A program made the position numbers and the translations under genes. Below the pieces are notes generated by a model. The model saw only the letters and a list, made by a program, of their open reading frames with translations, was not told where the DNA came from and did not search any database. From the NCBI GenBank assembly GCA_002189035.1, contig NEEC01000018.1, positions 1,054,001 through 1,118,000 of the forward strand: 64,000 nucleotides of DNA, read 5' to 3'. Position 1 is the stretch's first letter, and each line of letters begins with the position of its first letter. This document shows positions 51,099 to 63,942 of this stretch, piece after piece. The DNA comes from Utricularia gibba. Lineage: Eukaryota; Plantae; Magnoliophyta.

Positions 51099-52598
51099 AT
51101 GGTGAGGCAGAAGATCGAGATCAAGAAGATTGACAACTTGACGGCAAGGCAAGTTGCTTTCTCGAAAAGGAGAAGAGGGCTTTTCAAGAAGGCGCAGGAG
51201 CTGTCCACTCTCTGCGATGCTGAGATCGCCCTCATTGTCTTCTCCGCGACAGGCAAACTCTACGAATACGCTACCTCCAGGTTTCAATTCATACCTTTGG
51301 CACACACCTTCTCTCTTTTTATAATAATCAAGAGAAATTTGGACAAATTTTGCTGTCAATCCAAGCTCTTACACGCTGACGGGAATGTGTCTACAAAACC
51401 AGCTTAGTTTTTTTTTTATTTTCTCCCTCGTTCTCAGACAGCACACAACTTGCAGATGTGGGGGTGGGTACACGTCTGTCTTGTGGGAAACGGGATCTGT
51501 AGTTTCTTTTGTTTTGTTGTTCGATATTCAAACCTGGTTGCACATTTATTACTTACTGCTGCCTTCCCTTACACTGTTCTTTTGTTTGGTTCTTTCACTT
51601 TCCCTTTCCCTGTTGTTGTCTGAACTTGAAGCGTGACGCATCTCATCCGAAGGCATGATATGGTGTCCGAAAAATGGACGAGGCTTGGACATGAAAATCT
51701 TCATCTTCAGGTTTGCAATCACTCAGCAAAAATGAACGACTGAGTTTTCTGTAGTCTAATTCTCAGAATGAGTACACGGAACTAGTTGTGGATGGAAGGA
51801 GGCTGCTATATTTCATAGTTTTGTGGGTTTCTGGTTTCCATTGTTCAAACGCCTGCATTTTTTTGTGTCTGGTGAAACAAACAGATGGAAAACTGTGACC
51901 CTCTTACGATAACCAAGGAGCTCGCAGAGCGTACCAGAGAGCTCAAGTATGTCGCCATCCCTATCCACGAACACGTGCACCAGATTGAATGATGAATCCC
52001 CACCTTTCAATCACAGGAACCTAATGGGCGAGGAGCTTGAGGAACTGTGCCTCAATGACCTGATGAAGCTCGAGAAGCAGGTCGAGAGTGGACTGAGCCG
52101 AGTCGGAAAAGCCATGGTATCCATTACCAAAGAAGCCAGTAGCATATTATCGAGCACAGCTTTCTAATCCTATTTGTTCCTGCAGAACGAGAAGATCCTC
52201 AACGAGATCAGCCGTTTCAAGTCGACGGTAAGACAAGGTGACACCCATCTATCTCTTTCTTCTAAGACACCCTCACCTGTTGCTTGAATGCAGGAGACAG
52301 AACTGAGGCAAGAGAACATGGTGCTGAAGCAGCAATGCATGGTTTGTTTCCGGGGGTGTTTCGGGTTTCGATTCGTGTTTCTTTGTTAAAAAACCCGTCT
52401 GAAAATTGCAGAAGGTTGGGCACGGGGAGACCTCCAGGTACCAAGGAGGCGGCGATGAGGCCAACGACATCTCTGATATCGCTCTCAGGCTGTGGTGAGT
52501 AAACACTCCGTCTTCTTCCTCCTTCCATATGCTTCACTGTGGAGCAGTGAAGTCTCTTTCGCTACTGTTGCTGCAGCTTGCCCTTCTTCCAGAGCTGA
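51099..52598 (+). CDS. MIKC MADS-box TF, StMADS11/SVP subfamily, 8 exons, 205 aa
   Basis: Exons 51099-51280 (182 nt), 51632-51710 (79), 51885-51946 (62), 52017-52116 (100), 52186-52227 (42), 52294-52341 (48), 52412-52494 and 52577-52598. [41 protein letters not shown]; C-terminal SDIALRLCLPF resembles StMADS11 SDTSLKLCL. Confidence 0.9.
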
Positions 52599-54959
52599 GG
52601 TGCTCAACGTGTTGAACGCTGAACCATTGCGCCATTTTTATTTACCTGCGGTAAATCCTGAAGGATATTACTCTGTAATTTTTTCAACTTTTGAAGCTAA
52701 CTTGTGTCGAACTGGAGTTCTTTTTTTCTCCTCCATCGTTTTCTGATTTTTACTCAGGGTTTTAACTTTAGGTCAACGGCAACTACATCTCTTGGAAAAT
52801 AATTTATATTTTATTAGCATTCCTAATAAACTAATATTATACATAAGCTTCACAGATTCAAAAATAAATTTGAAATCATATATGATCGTTCGGTAGTGTA
52901 ACCCTCAATAATGATATTCCACATTGATTATAAATGAGAAAAAAAATGTATTTAAATATAGATATATTGATATTGTTTGAGATATTTTCCTATGAAGTTT
53001 GAGCAATATCGTACAAAAATAGAGTTAATCGTCAAAATCAAACTCATACGCATATCAATGATGGAACAAAGGCACTCAACAATAATGTTGAATGATTAGT
53101 GATAAAGAATATAAGGTTAGAGATCTAACAATAATATCCTATATTGATTATAGACGAAAGAGTAAATGTGTTTAAATTGAGATACCTCTTGATATTGTAT
53201 ATGAATTTTATTTTAGTTTTATGATTTCAATTAAAGCATAATTTATGAAGTTAAATTTCAAATGTGCTCTATTCATGTATTTAGGTTCCTTAGATAAATA
53301 TAAATTTTAAATTTAACATAAAAAGCTATTTTATATATTTTCAATAAACATTTTCATGGGATTTTTATTTAACTAAATCTAATTTTTATTTAAATTATTG
53401 ATTCAATTTAAACTTTTACCAAACATTATTATTAAATAAAGCATATCTCAAAATGCTGATTCAATACTATTTACCAAATATCTCCTAAATTTTTAAATAT
53501 GTTTGGTTTAATGGTAATTCTATTGTCCTAAAGTTTTTCTATTTATTTTTCTTGTAAATTCAAGTTTTTCTTGCATCATTTTTAAAAAGAAATACATATT
53601 ATTAAAATGACGAATGTAATTATTATTATTAATTTAATACCATTAAAAAAGAAAAGAATAATGATGTTCCAGAGCACTATTTTTTTTTGATTAATTTCTA
53701 ATATAATATACAAATAATCATGTTGTGTTTGATGCCCAAATTTAGAATGTATGAAATTTGGATATTTGGTTTGGAGTGTACGGACAAATAGTGGAAGGAA
53801 TTGAATTGTGTCTAGGGAAGCTGATTTTGTCGCATGGAATCTTTGAAAAAAACCGTACCGTCAAAAAGCCATGGGGCCCATAAAGTGGAAACGAACGTGG
53901 TGCAGGTAGAGATGGGGATCATCGACCTCCTCTCAAGTTCCTCTGAGTTGGTGTCACAAAAGGTCAAAGGATACCAGATTTACTAATGGTAACTAACCAA
54001 GTTTTCTTGTCTAGTCTTGACTTGACAAAAAAGATAGGAATATCTAGAATTCATGCGCAAGTGGATTCAGAATTGATAGTCTCTTAGTTCATTGAAACAT
54101 TTGAGAATTTGTATTTGATGGAGTATGAATTGGAATGAGGTAATCAGTTACTAAAAAATAACCAAAAGATGTTTTGATAGATTAGCACAAGCCGACAGAC
54201 CGATAAATGTTAGAATTTAACAATAATAATCGTTTTAAACAATCTGAAAAGTAGCCAAATTACATCAAGTTGAAATCAATCTCATACAATTTCATGACTA
54301 TAATTTTGTTAGTGACATTGAGATATATGTTGATCTCAACTATTGAACCCTCTTAGTTATGAATGTACTACATTTGATGAATCTCACAAAGCAAGAAAAT
54401 TAGCTACTATGAATTGTGTGAATGTGTACCATGACACAAAGCATATCATAATATAATGATATAATGATTTATCATTATTTTGCATAATATTGTTCATTTA
54501 GAATATTTAAACATCATAATTTTATATTTGTCTATTTTGAATAAGATATTTTATATAAAATTAAGAAGATTCATTTATTTAAATATGCTTTATTAATTAA
54601 TGCGGGATACCGGTCGTGAACTTAAATTCTCCCCCTTATTAAAGACTAAACATACTCGCTAATTCTAATGGTGTATTTTGTAGAGATAGGAATGCACTAG
54701 GCAGGGGCATGGGCTTTGATATGGTATAACCACACATGCCTTTCCTTTTCTTCCCTATTTCCTTCCATTCATCTTTATGCTGAAGTTGTTCTCTTGGGTT
54801 GCTTCAGAAACTCATAATTCAATGGAGTATGGTGCTGCTGCGTGGTTCCCGGGGGAGGAATCTGTGGTATTGTCATATTGCTTACTCTTTTTCAACAATG
54901 AACATCAAATCGAATTTGTTTCCTTGGCCGTAGGAGATTCGTTCAGCCAATCGAAGGAT

Positions 54960-55740
54960 CAGGGAATCAGTACGAGATCGGCGGATTGAGGATGCTACAG
55001 TTTGACAGTTTGTCGTGTAGAAATACTGTAACATGGAATTCGAAGATCAGTGGTTACTTGACGAAGAGGAGATTCTAAAAGCACGCAAAATGTTTGACGA
55101 AATGCCTAAGAAGGACGTGTATTCATGGAATCTCATGATTCAAGGTTGTATGACCTGTTGTAGATGGGGTATTTAGAAGAAGGAAGACATATGTTCGATA
55201 ATATGCCCGAAAGGGATATTGTGACTTGGAACATCATGATCAGTGGGTATGCGAAAAATGGAAGATGCTATCGAGCTTTTTGATAGCATGCCAGAGGAGC
55301 GTTGTCACATGGAACTCAATTCAAATGAAGAACCGGGGCACGTTTTCTTGGAACACGATGATTACGGGTAACGTTAATGTCTCCGATACGGAGATGATGA
55401 CAGGGTTTTTCTCTCAACTGCCTTGTCCGGATTCCCTATCATGGAATTCCTTAAACTCAGGTTATGCGCAGGCTGGAAAGATAGAATCTTGCGTTTAGTA
55501 TATTCCAAAGAATGCGCAGAGGTTAAGCCTGTGTGGGGAGCATTGTTGGGTGCATAGCAATCTGGAGCCAGCAAAAGTTGCAGCTGAAGCATTGATGACA
55601 CTGGAGCCAGAGAACTCTGGGCCAAACGTCTTGTTGTATAATATGCATGTAGATGCTGGAAAATGGAGTGGTGCAGATGAAATTAGAATGACCATAGAGA
55701 GGAAAAACGTAAAAAGGATATAGCATGGTGGACTGTAGAC
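54960..55740 (+). pseudogene. Decayed PLS-E class PPR gene, MEF9-like
   Basis: Fragments in shifting frames: [96 protein letters not shown] and AAEALMTLEPENSG..VLLYNM..DAGKW...GYS. Multiple frameshifts, stops and a large internal deletion before the E domain. Confidence 0.85.
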
Positions 55741-55868
55741 AAAGGACTCAGTAGCATAGAAATTGAAGATTGGGATTTTCAGTGTGTTTTCTCAGTTTCT
55801 GCTGTCAAGGGAACACACGACAATAGTAACAGAATCAAATGCATTCCTCTTGTGACTGAGTTGAATCA

Positions 55869-56673
55869 TCAGCTCTTATGCGGGTTCAGCTTCTGCTCGG
55901 CTCGTGGTTTTGCAAACTCGACGAAGATAACCCGGCCATCCAGGAACTGCAATGTTGTGGAGAAAAACGGAAGATGAAGCAAACATGGCAGCATAAAGGC
56001 GATTTTGAGGAAGGTACCAGACAGTTAACAAGAGTGAATCGTTTATGCATCACTGTGTTCTTATGAGTCGTCTTGTAATTTTTGGCATTGAATAGACTGA
56101 GAGAAAGAATCAAGAATCCCATGGCAGCAGCGTACCTTGCCGTGCATTCCCTGAATGGCATTCTGAGATTCCTCCGGCGAGGCATAGCTCAAGAAGGCAA
56201 AACCTTTGGGTCTTCGGGCCACCTTATCCATCACCAGCTTCACTGCAATTTTCAATCACCAGCAGCAACCAGAAGAAAAACGGTAAAAACAACATATTTC
56301 TTACCTTCCACGAGTTCACCGAAGCTTCTGAATGCATTTCTCAGATTTTCCTCCGTGGTCCTGAATGACAGCCCTGAGAGAACAAACTGAAAAACATTGA
56401 GACACGGAATTGCGGATATGACGCACACAATGGATGAAGATTGCAGAGGAGACCAGTGACGAAGAGTCTGGTTACTGGTGGGCGAAAAGGAGTCGTTGCC
56501 GAGGGAGGAGAAGACGAAGAATCGGTACATCTTATCCAGAGTCTGTGACTCGGCAGTGGACTTGGATTACTGATTGCGACTGAGGGCTTCAACCTCCAGT
56601 TCGCCACGGTGTGAAGGAGACGAAGCCGTTGGGAGGATGAATAACCACAGGGGGAGACACCGCAGGACGACAT
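55869..56673 (-). CDS. ORRM6: Organelle RRM protein 6-like plastid RNA-editing factor, 4 exons
   Basis: Transit peptide followed by TRLFVTG|LSFRTTEENLRNAFRSFGELVE|VKLVMDKVARRPKGFAFLSY..EESQNAIQGMHGK|FLDGRVIFVEFAKPR. ATG 56673, TGA 55869-55871. Confidence 0.88.
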
Positions 56674-56923
56674 TTCCTGATAGATGGGATTAGCGAGCCA
56701 GCCACGGATTCAGGCACCTTCTGGTTTAGAGGGACGGTGAACGAAACTGTGCCCAGGAAGGATGCTGACGAAATTATCAATTTTCAGAGATTCCCTATTT
56801 GAAGAAATCAACATAGAAGCCTTACAGCCTGCGGCTTTTGGATTTTCCTTTTTTATTTGTATCATGCTCGCGACCTTTTTTTTTTGCACGCCATTTCATA
56901 ACGGCTCTCTCTGGCACTCAACG

Positions 56924-59900
56924 ATGGGGAGGAAAAAGAAGCTCTCCGGAAGCGATGGCGACAAGGTTGACGGAAAATTCTCAGTTTTCGAGTTCAACGA
57001 TGAGGTGGATGGAGTGGAGTGCGAGTTTTTCGAACGGTTTCGGAACGCTGGGAAAAAACCTCATCGGAAGGCAGCCGATCGTGATGATCATCCGATTGAT
57101 AAATATTGCTTTATTGAGTATTGTAAGTCGCTTCTTCCGATCTTGTTCATTTCGACTTTCACATCGGTGGCGCGCGGTGCGGTGCCTTCTCTACTTTGTG
57201 GTGTTTCAAAAGTCGAAAACGTTTTTTTTGATGGGTGGAATGATGTTTTGTGGTACCGTTACTTCATCCTTCAGTTTTATTTATTCTTGTTTCCAGTTTC
57301 AAAAGGGAAGATGGCCGGACAAAAAGATTCAGGGGATGATGTAATGGATGTCGATGCTCCAGAGCACGTTTCAGTAGACAAGGCACGCTTCAGAGTGTTA
57401 ATATTGCTAGTTTCTATGAGATCGTTCATCTTTCCGGTAATTCAACATAGCAATAGACGTGCGCAACTCACTCACTATGTGTTTTCTCTTTACAGGATGA
57501 CGTATGCACTTTGGATTCTGACGAAGCTGTGATCATGGATTGGAGATCATCACCATCTGATATTGTTGCATTGGATGATGAAGGTTTACAATTATCTTGG
57601 AACGTCTTTTGTCGCGTTGAAGTTTAAATGACATTTTTGCTCTTTTTCAGGTTCATTGAATGCTGAAACATCAGGATACGGCGACCCCCAAAAGGATTGT
57701 GTGTGTAGCTTTGAATTATATTCCTCTATGATTTGGATGTGGTTCATGTTCTGTTATTTTCTTTCTGAAAAGTTACATGAGGGCGTTGTTACCCTGTACC
57801 AAATTTTCATATCACTACATCGTCATGTTATCAAACTTTTGACTAGATATTTGGTTTTCTTCTTTTATGATTTTTGCATGTTACATGATTAGATCAGTTC
57901 ATAATTTCTCTTGGTTGATGTACAGGAGCCAGCAGTCATGGTTAGTAGCAAATATGCTAAATATGGGAATATCCGCTATTCTAGTTGTTGCTTGTTCTTC
58001 ACCCAGCGTGTGTTAGACTGGAGGGGTCAATCCTCACCGACAAGACAAGGCGTCATGTTGTTGAGTGGTCAACTTCTAATATTTTAAAAATAGAGTATCA
58101 GCATGAGGAAAGTGTGAGTTGTGGTTACTAGATCCAAGAGAATAGTTTGTTAGTTTCATTATGGGCTCTGGAAAAGCATGATATTTTCTTTTGCTGTTCG
58201 AAATTAGGGTGAAGATGGTTTTGTATGCATGCGATTGAAGTCAGAGGATAAAAATGGCAATGATATCAAGAATCAGAGTTCAGGTTTTTCTTCATTCATT
58301 TGTTTAGATTTGATGCCATTTTTTCTACTTCTTATGATGCTCTCTTGATGTATGTAAGGTCCAGTTGAAATATATGCGCGTTTGATGTAGTTTATTGGAC
58401 TTAGTGGCCTTGATTTTTGAGCAGCATAATAATGATCATTATTTGAGCAGTATGTAGATCTTATAGCCGCGGTATCCTTGACTAACAGCAGGATTCATGG
58501 AATTGGAGTTTCTTGTCGATGATGGTGAATGGTTCAGTAAGCAAGATAAGATAAAATTATTACATCTTAAATATAAAACTGCACGGAGATCTATGGCAAG
58601 GTCAGAAGCCCCAGTATTCTATCTTTTCCCTGCAACACTTTTTACTGCGTGTTCTCTGTTGCAGTGAATGGAGATTTAATGAGTCCTGCGGGGTCATCGT
58701 ATTTCCAGAAGAAGATCCTGATTCTATATCCATCACCTCAAAGGATATGGAGTGCTTAAAGCCAAGAAGCTTCATCAATGATACTATAATAGACTTTTAT
58801 ATCAGGTAAGATTTCCCACATAGCTATCTTATCATGCCATTACGTTCATCCTCAACCCTTCTTGTTTATTACTTCATCACCTTTCATTTCAAGCCTATAA
58901 TAACCTGGAACCGGTCTCCAACTTTTGTTCTCTTCGAAGGGGGTCTCTCATACCTGCATTTTGGTGGAGTTCATGTATTATGGCTGTCGGCTGTTCTTTA
59001 TTTTTGTTCTGCTCAACATCTAGTTATCATGTTGTTCGTCTTAAACGATGATCATTTTTCAGTTGGTGAAGTACTGATAAGCTCAGCTAGTTTCCATTCT
59101 GTGAACGTGGTTTTTCAAAAGCATTTTGCATTTTGAATTTTTCAAGATGTTAACTACATAGAAACCTTTTACTTGGAAAATTTATTTGATTTTTTAATGC
59201 CTTAACTGCAGTACGGTACGATCAAGGAAAAACTGATGCATTGTTCTAAATGGCAGGTATCTTGCCAGTAAAATTAATTCTGTGGAGCAGCATAAATTTC
59301 ACTTCTTCAATACGTTTTTCTTCAAAAAGCTTTTGGAGGTGAAAGAAAGAAAAGATTCTTTTCAGAGTATTCATAAATGGACCCGGAGTGTGCACATCTT
59401 TGAAAAGGATTATGTATTTATACCTGTAAATAAAAGGTAAATGTGCCTTAATTTGAACAATCGTGACTTCAAGCTGTAACAGGAATTGTCTGTCTTTGCT
59501 AGTCTACATTGGAGTTTGATAGTTATATGTGATCCAGGAAGAATTCCTTCTTATGAAGGTAAATTCTCTTTGCCTCGTCCTACAGTTACTTTATTTATTT
59601 TTAACCATATCTCCTTTTTCAATGTATTTTTTTTTTTTTTTTGTAGGTAGTGACATGGATGCTTCTAGCATCCCCTGTATTTTGCACTTGAATTCTCTAA
59701 GTGGACTTCACAATGATATTGAGGATAATATCAAAAGGTAGATTCTTCATGAAGAGTGGATTCTTTAATATCTTCTCTGAGACTTAACATCATTAATGGT
59801 TTAGTGGTTTTTTTTTTTATCGGCATTAAAAATTTAGTGGTTTATTTTTCATTTGTGCCCTACTAGATTGTTTTTAACTTTGAGTGAATCTTTGTTACTC

Positions 59901-62043
59901 ACAAGACACTCCCAGTTGTCATGGTCTTTTATATTCTACAACTGCATGGTGGAATTTTAACATAATATGGTCGGAACTTCAGAATGCTTAGTTCCAGGTT
60001 TACGGGATGTCTAGCTGGTCTTGAGGTATCTATGTGAGAACTTGGCAAACATTGGAGAACTAGTTAATCCTGGCTAGAAATTTGAAATGCTATAGGACCG
60101 GATTTAGGTTGAGCCTCATGTAATTCCACCTTCTCTTTCAATTTAGTTTCTTTCTCTTCTAGGTTGTATTTTGAACCATTATTCTCCGAGATTGTTGATT
60201 TTTCTTTGCTTGATAAGACACTTATTGGTGACAAACTACTCCACAGTGTCGTTTGATTTAAGCCTTCGTGGAATCAGAGATTACTAATGTTCATGACAAA
60301 CCTGTATTCTATGATTGTTGGTATAAACCTATTATCTAATTGTTCTCTCTGGTTGTTTCAATTTTTCTTCAGTATATATTTTGTTATTTGATGTTCGCCG
60401 AAACCAAATGTTTCTATTTCATCTAAATGCAGTTACTTGTGGGAGGAATGGAAGCGACTCAATGGCTTCAATGAAGACACATATATGAAGTTTTGTAACC
60501 TGGATTTCAAGGCTCTTCAGGTTGCATCCTCAAACGCACTCTGGATTGCTTTTTCTTTTCTATACAGTTGGATTGCATTCGGTTGAATAATTTAATAATG
60601 CCTTTTTGCTGTTTACCTAGATTTTGTATACTTTGTGTAACCGCGTCTCTTTCCCAGATTCTTCTATTGTTGAAATTAGCCTCTTATTCTAATATAGATG
60701 AAAACGTTGTTATAGATAATCATTGCTTAAATGTTATAGATTAACAGTTCCGCGTGCCTGCACTTTTTAACAGTTGTAAAAATGTGCTGCTAGTATCTTC
60801 GCCTGGGAGGACACATTTGTATTCGTTAACTAACAGAATCTTAGCAGGACAAGAATGAGTAAAAACGGATTCTGACTTCCTTTTCTGTCTTTTCAGTTGC
60901 CACAACAAGAAAATCTTTTCGACTGTGGTCTTTTTGTGCTTCACTATGCCGAACTTTTTCTGGATCATGCTCCGAATTTCAACAGGACTACATACAATGA
61001 TGTTGTAAGCAGCTTCTTTTATTATACATTTTATCCATGCATATTAGAAAACGTGGTGGTGTGGCTATCTGTAAACCTGACTCATGAACCCCCACAAGTT
61101 TAACATGTTACTTGGGTGGTGCTTCCTCTTCTGAACATTTTATTACTTACCTCTCCTTCTTCAGAGGTATTCCTGATTCTGAAACCGACCTGCATGTATT
61201 TTGCAGCTCAATGAGAATTGGTTTCATCCTGCTGAGGTGACGCTCAAGAAACGCTACCAGATAAGGAAATTGATCCAGAAGATAGGTGAAGATAGCTTAG
61301 CAAGGCACCCTCCAGATCCACCCATTATTGATGATTGTGGTAAAAGCGGAGCTAGCTCTGTTCAGTATGTGGAGAAGGGGAAGCAGATGATTCTTGTATT
61401 GCTATCAAAAACATCTCAGATGATGAGAATGAAATCGAGGAACAGCGATCTTCTCATTGGAAGGAAACCATCGCAGAGTCTCCTTCAGCAAGGCACTCTC
61501 TGCTACCGACCCATAATGATGGCTTTCAGATGAGTACAAGCAGAGCTACCTTTGCTCCATCTGTAGTGGAAAGGGGATTAGATGATTCTTTTATTGCTAT
61601 TAAAAACATCTCTGATGATGATGACAACATCGAGGGGCAAATATCTTCTACCCAGGGGCAGGCTTGCACTGTGAAGTCTCTGCCTGGAAGACATCCGAAC
61701 TTAAAGGAAGAATCCAGTGAAAACCCCAGCTACATGAGGTTATTATGTGCAAAGGTAATTGCCCCTTCCCCGTGTTGTTTTGGAGAGATCTTGGTGTTTA
61801 ATATTAGTCGTCATATGTCAACAGGATAAAAATAGCATGCAAGATATTTGTTCATCACTGGATGCACTACATAGATATGATTCAGATGTAGAAGTGACAC
61901 CATTTCCTTCTCCATCCCGCCAGAGAACGCAACAGTTGAATGATGTAGAGGATAAAGGATCAGAAGATGATGGTTGTTTTTCTGTCGAAAACATCTCAGA
62001 TGACGACTGCCTAATCTTCTCCGCTGAGGCAGGAAAGCTTTGA
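56924..62043 (+). CDS. ULP2a/SPF2-like SUMO protease (peptidase C48) with a frameshift and catalytic Asp->Asn; possible pseudogene
   Basis: IDKYCF, LKPRSFINDTIIDFYIRYL, FHFFNTFFFKKL, IFEKDYVFIPVN, LHWSLIVICDPG (His), PCILHLNS (Asn at the Asp site), YLWEEWK, PQQENLFDCGLFVLHY (Cys) and NWFHPAEVTLKKR. A 1-nt frameshift lies at about 58008 and a second frame break at about 61340-61386. The C-terminal end is uncertain. Confidence 0.8.
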
Positions 62044-62942
62044 GAAGCCTCTGCCTCTAAAAAGCTCTCCCAACTTCATCGTGTACCAAGGTAAGTACCC
62101 CTTCCTTGTTCTGCATCATGGAGATATGTTAAATGTTTCATGCTAGTCTTTTGACAAAGATACAAGGCAGGAGGACATCCGTTCATCAGAAGCTATGAAC
62201 CCAAAAAGAGCACAAAAGAAGAGTTCTGTTTGTTCCTCACGAGAGCGGCGGCACCACCCCGGGTAACAGCTGCAGCGGTATGTTGAACGAGCGAGCAAGA
62301 GCTTTATGCCGTGAAGTGTTTATGCCCCCACCCTCTTCTTCCCTCATGCTGAAAAAATAAGTAAATAAGGTGAGTAAATAAATATCCGTCCCTCGAATTT
62401 GACGTGTTGTGAATATTTTTCTGCTTTAGCTGAACTCCTCGATCATTCAAGAGCAATTTGAGAGTACGAGAATGGATAGTGCCGCGTCGTTAGACGTATT
62501 TTAAAGTTATATTTAAAATTTGATTTAATATATATATATATGAAAATTAAATGATTATTTTTATGTTTAGAAAATTTTTGCACAATAAAATTTTATTCAT
62601 TGTAAAAAGGTTTTGATACAAAATAATGAATAAATCAAAGAATACGCGATAAAAAAAAAAAACAGGATAAAAATTTTTCTTCATTGTATCTTGTTGTGAA
62701 GTTATAATTTTACCGAATTTAAGGGATAAATCATAGCATTTAATGTTGTAAAGAAGCAAACCTTCTTCATTCATTGAGTCTGAAATAATTGGAGTTCCTT
62801 TCAGTGACAGAGGACATGTCGTGTTACATTATCCCTGCAGCCGGGACCAGCCCAGTTTTCCAGCCAACCTGGGCTTCTCTGATGAATAAATGGGAATTCT
62901 CTGGACTTTTGTCTCATCGGTGGGAGAAAAGAAAGGTGGGAT

Positions 62943-63942
62943 ATGGAGATCGAGGAAGATAGAGTTTTGGGGGAAGCAGCAGAACCCAAGAGCGGTTCAC
63001 TTTGTGGGTTCGATTCTCTCCACCAACTTCTGCGATCTTCCTTGTCTCCCCAGGTTTTTCAGGTGTGGTTTGAATGCTCTGTTCTGTTCGTGTGAATTGA
63101 TTTATTGTCATTTGAAGTTTCATTTTTCTTCCCTTCTCGCAAGTTTCGTTCTGTGTGTTGATTCGTTTTGGTTTGTCTTGAATTGATTTTATGGTGTTGA
63201 ATCCATTGATAACACGATATCTCTCGTGGGTATGTTGATGCTTTTGGTTCATCAGGAAGTTTCCCGATTGCTTCATGGACAGAACTGTGGAGGACAACTT
63301 GGCACGATCTCCATTCCTCAGCCTGCTAAATCTCTGTCTTTGGCGCACGATTTTGATTTACAGGTTTACATATTTGTTTGTTTCGTCGCGTTTGCACATA
63401 TTTATGTTATGTGTGACATTGTATAATGGTTGTCATAATTCTGCTGCAAATGTGATCCAGGCATTCGCTTTCAAGGCCAATGAGTCAGAAAGTAAACCTC
63501 GAATGGTGAGAGTGGGTCTTGCTCAGAATTCTATAGCTCTTCCAACAACACTGCCCATATCCGACCAGAAAAGAGGCATTTTTGAGAAATTGTCACCAAT
63601 TGTTGAAGCTGCTGGTACTTCAGGTGTAAACATATTATGTTTACAGGTAACTCAAACATGAAGAATACCTGGCTTCTTTGAGAATATATATGACCTCAAA
63701 AAATTTGGGTGCAGGAGGCGTGGATGATGCCATTTGCCTTTTGCACCCGCGAGAAGAAATGGTGCGAATTTGCAGAGGAAGTCGATGGAGAATCGACACA
63801 GTTTCTTCGGAGGTTTGCCCAGAAATACAACATGGTTATAGTGAATCCTATTCTTGAAAGAGATGTGAAACATGGGGAGGTTCTTTGGAACACTGCTGTA
63901 ATAATTGGAAATCATGGCAACATAATTGGAATACACAGGAAG
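62943..63942 (+). CDS. PYD3: Beta-ureidopropionase, first 4 exons (62943-63062, 63256-63363, 63461-63646, 63715-63942); continues beyond the window
   Basis: [60 protein letters not shown] and [19 protein letters not shown] (nitrilase-fold Glu and Lys). Confidence 0.95.

Noticed and set aside
51281-51884. Initial impression that the MADS gene lacks its I-domain exon
   Set aside because: A 79-nt exon with correct phase and splice sites is present at 51632-51710.
55740-55869. PPR pseudogene and ORRM6 as a functional RNA-editing gene cluster
   Set aside because: One is inferred mitochondrial and dead, the other plastid-targeted. Adjacency is most simply coincidence given how many PPR genes plants have.
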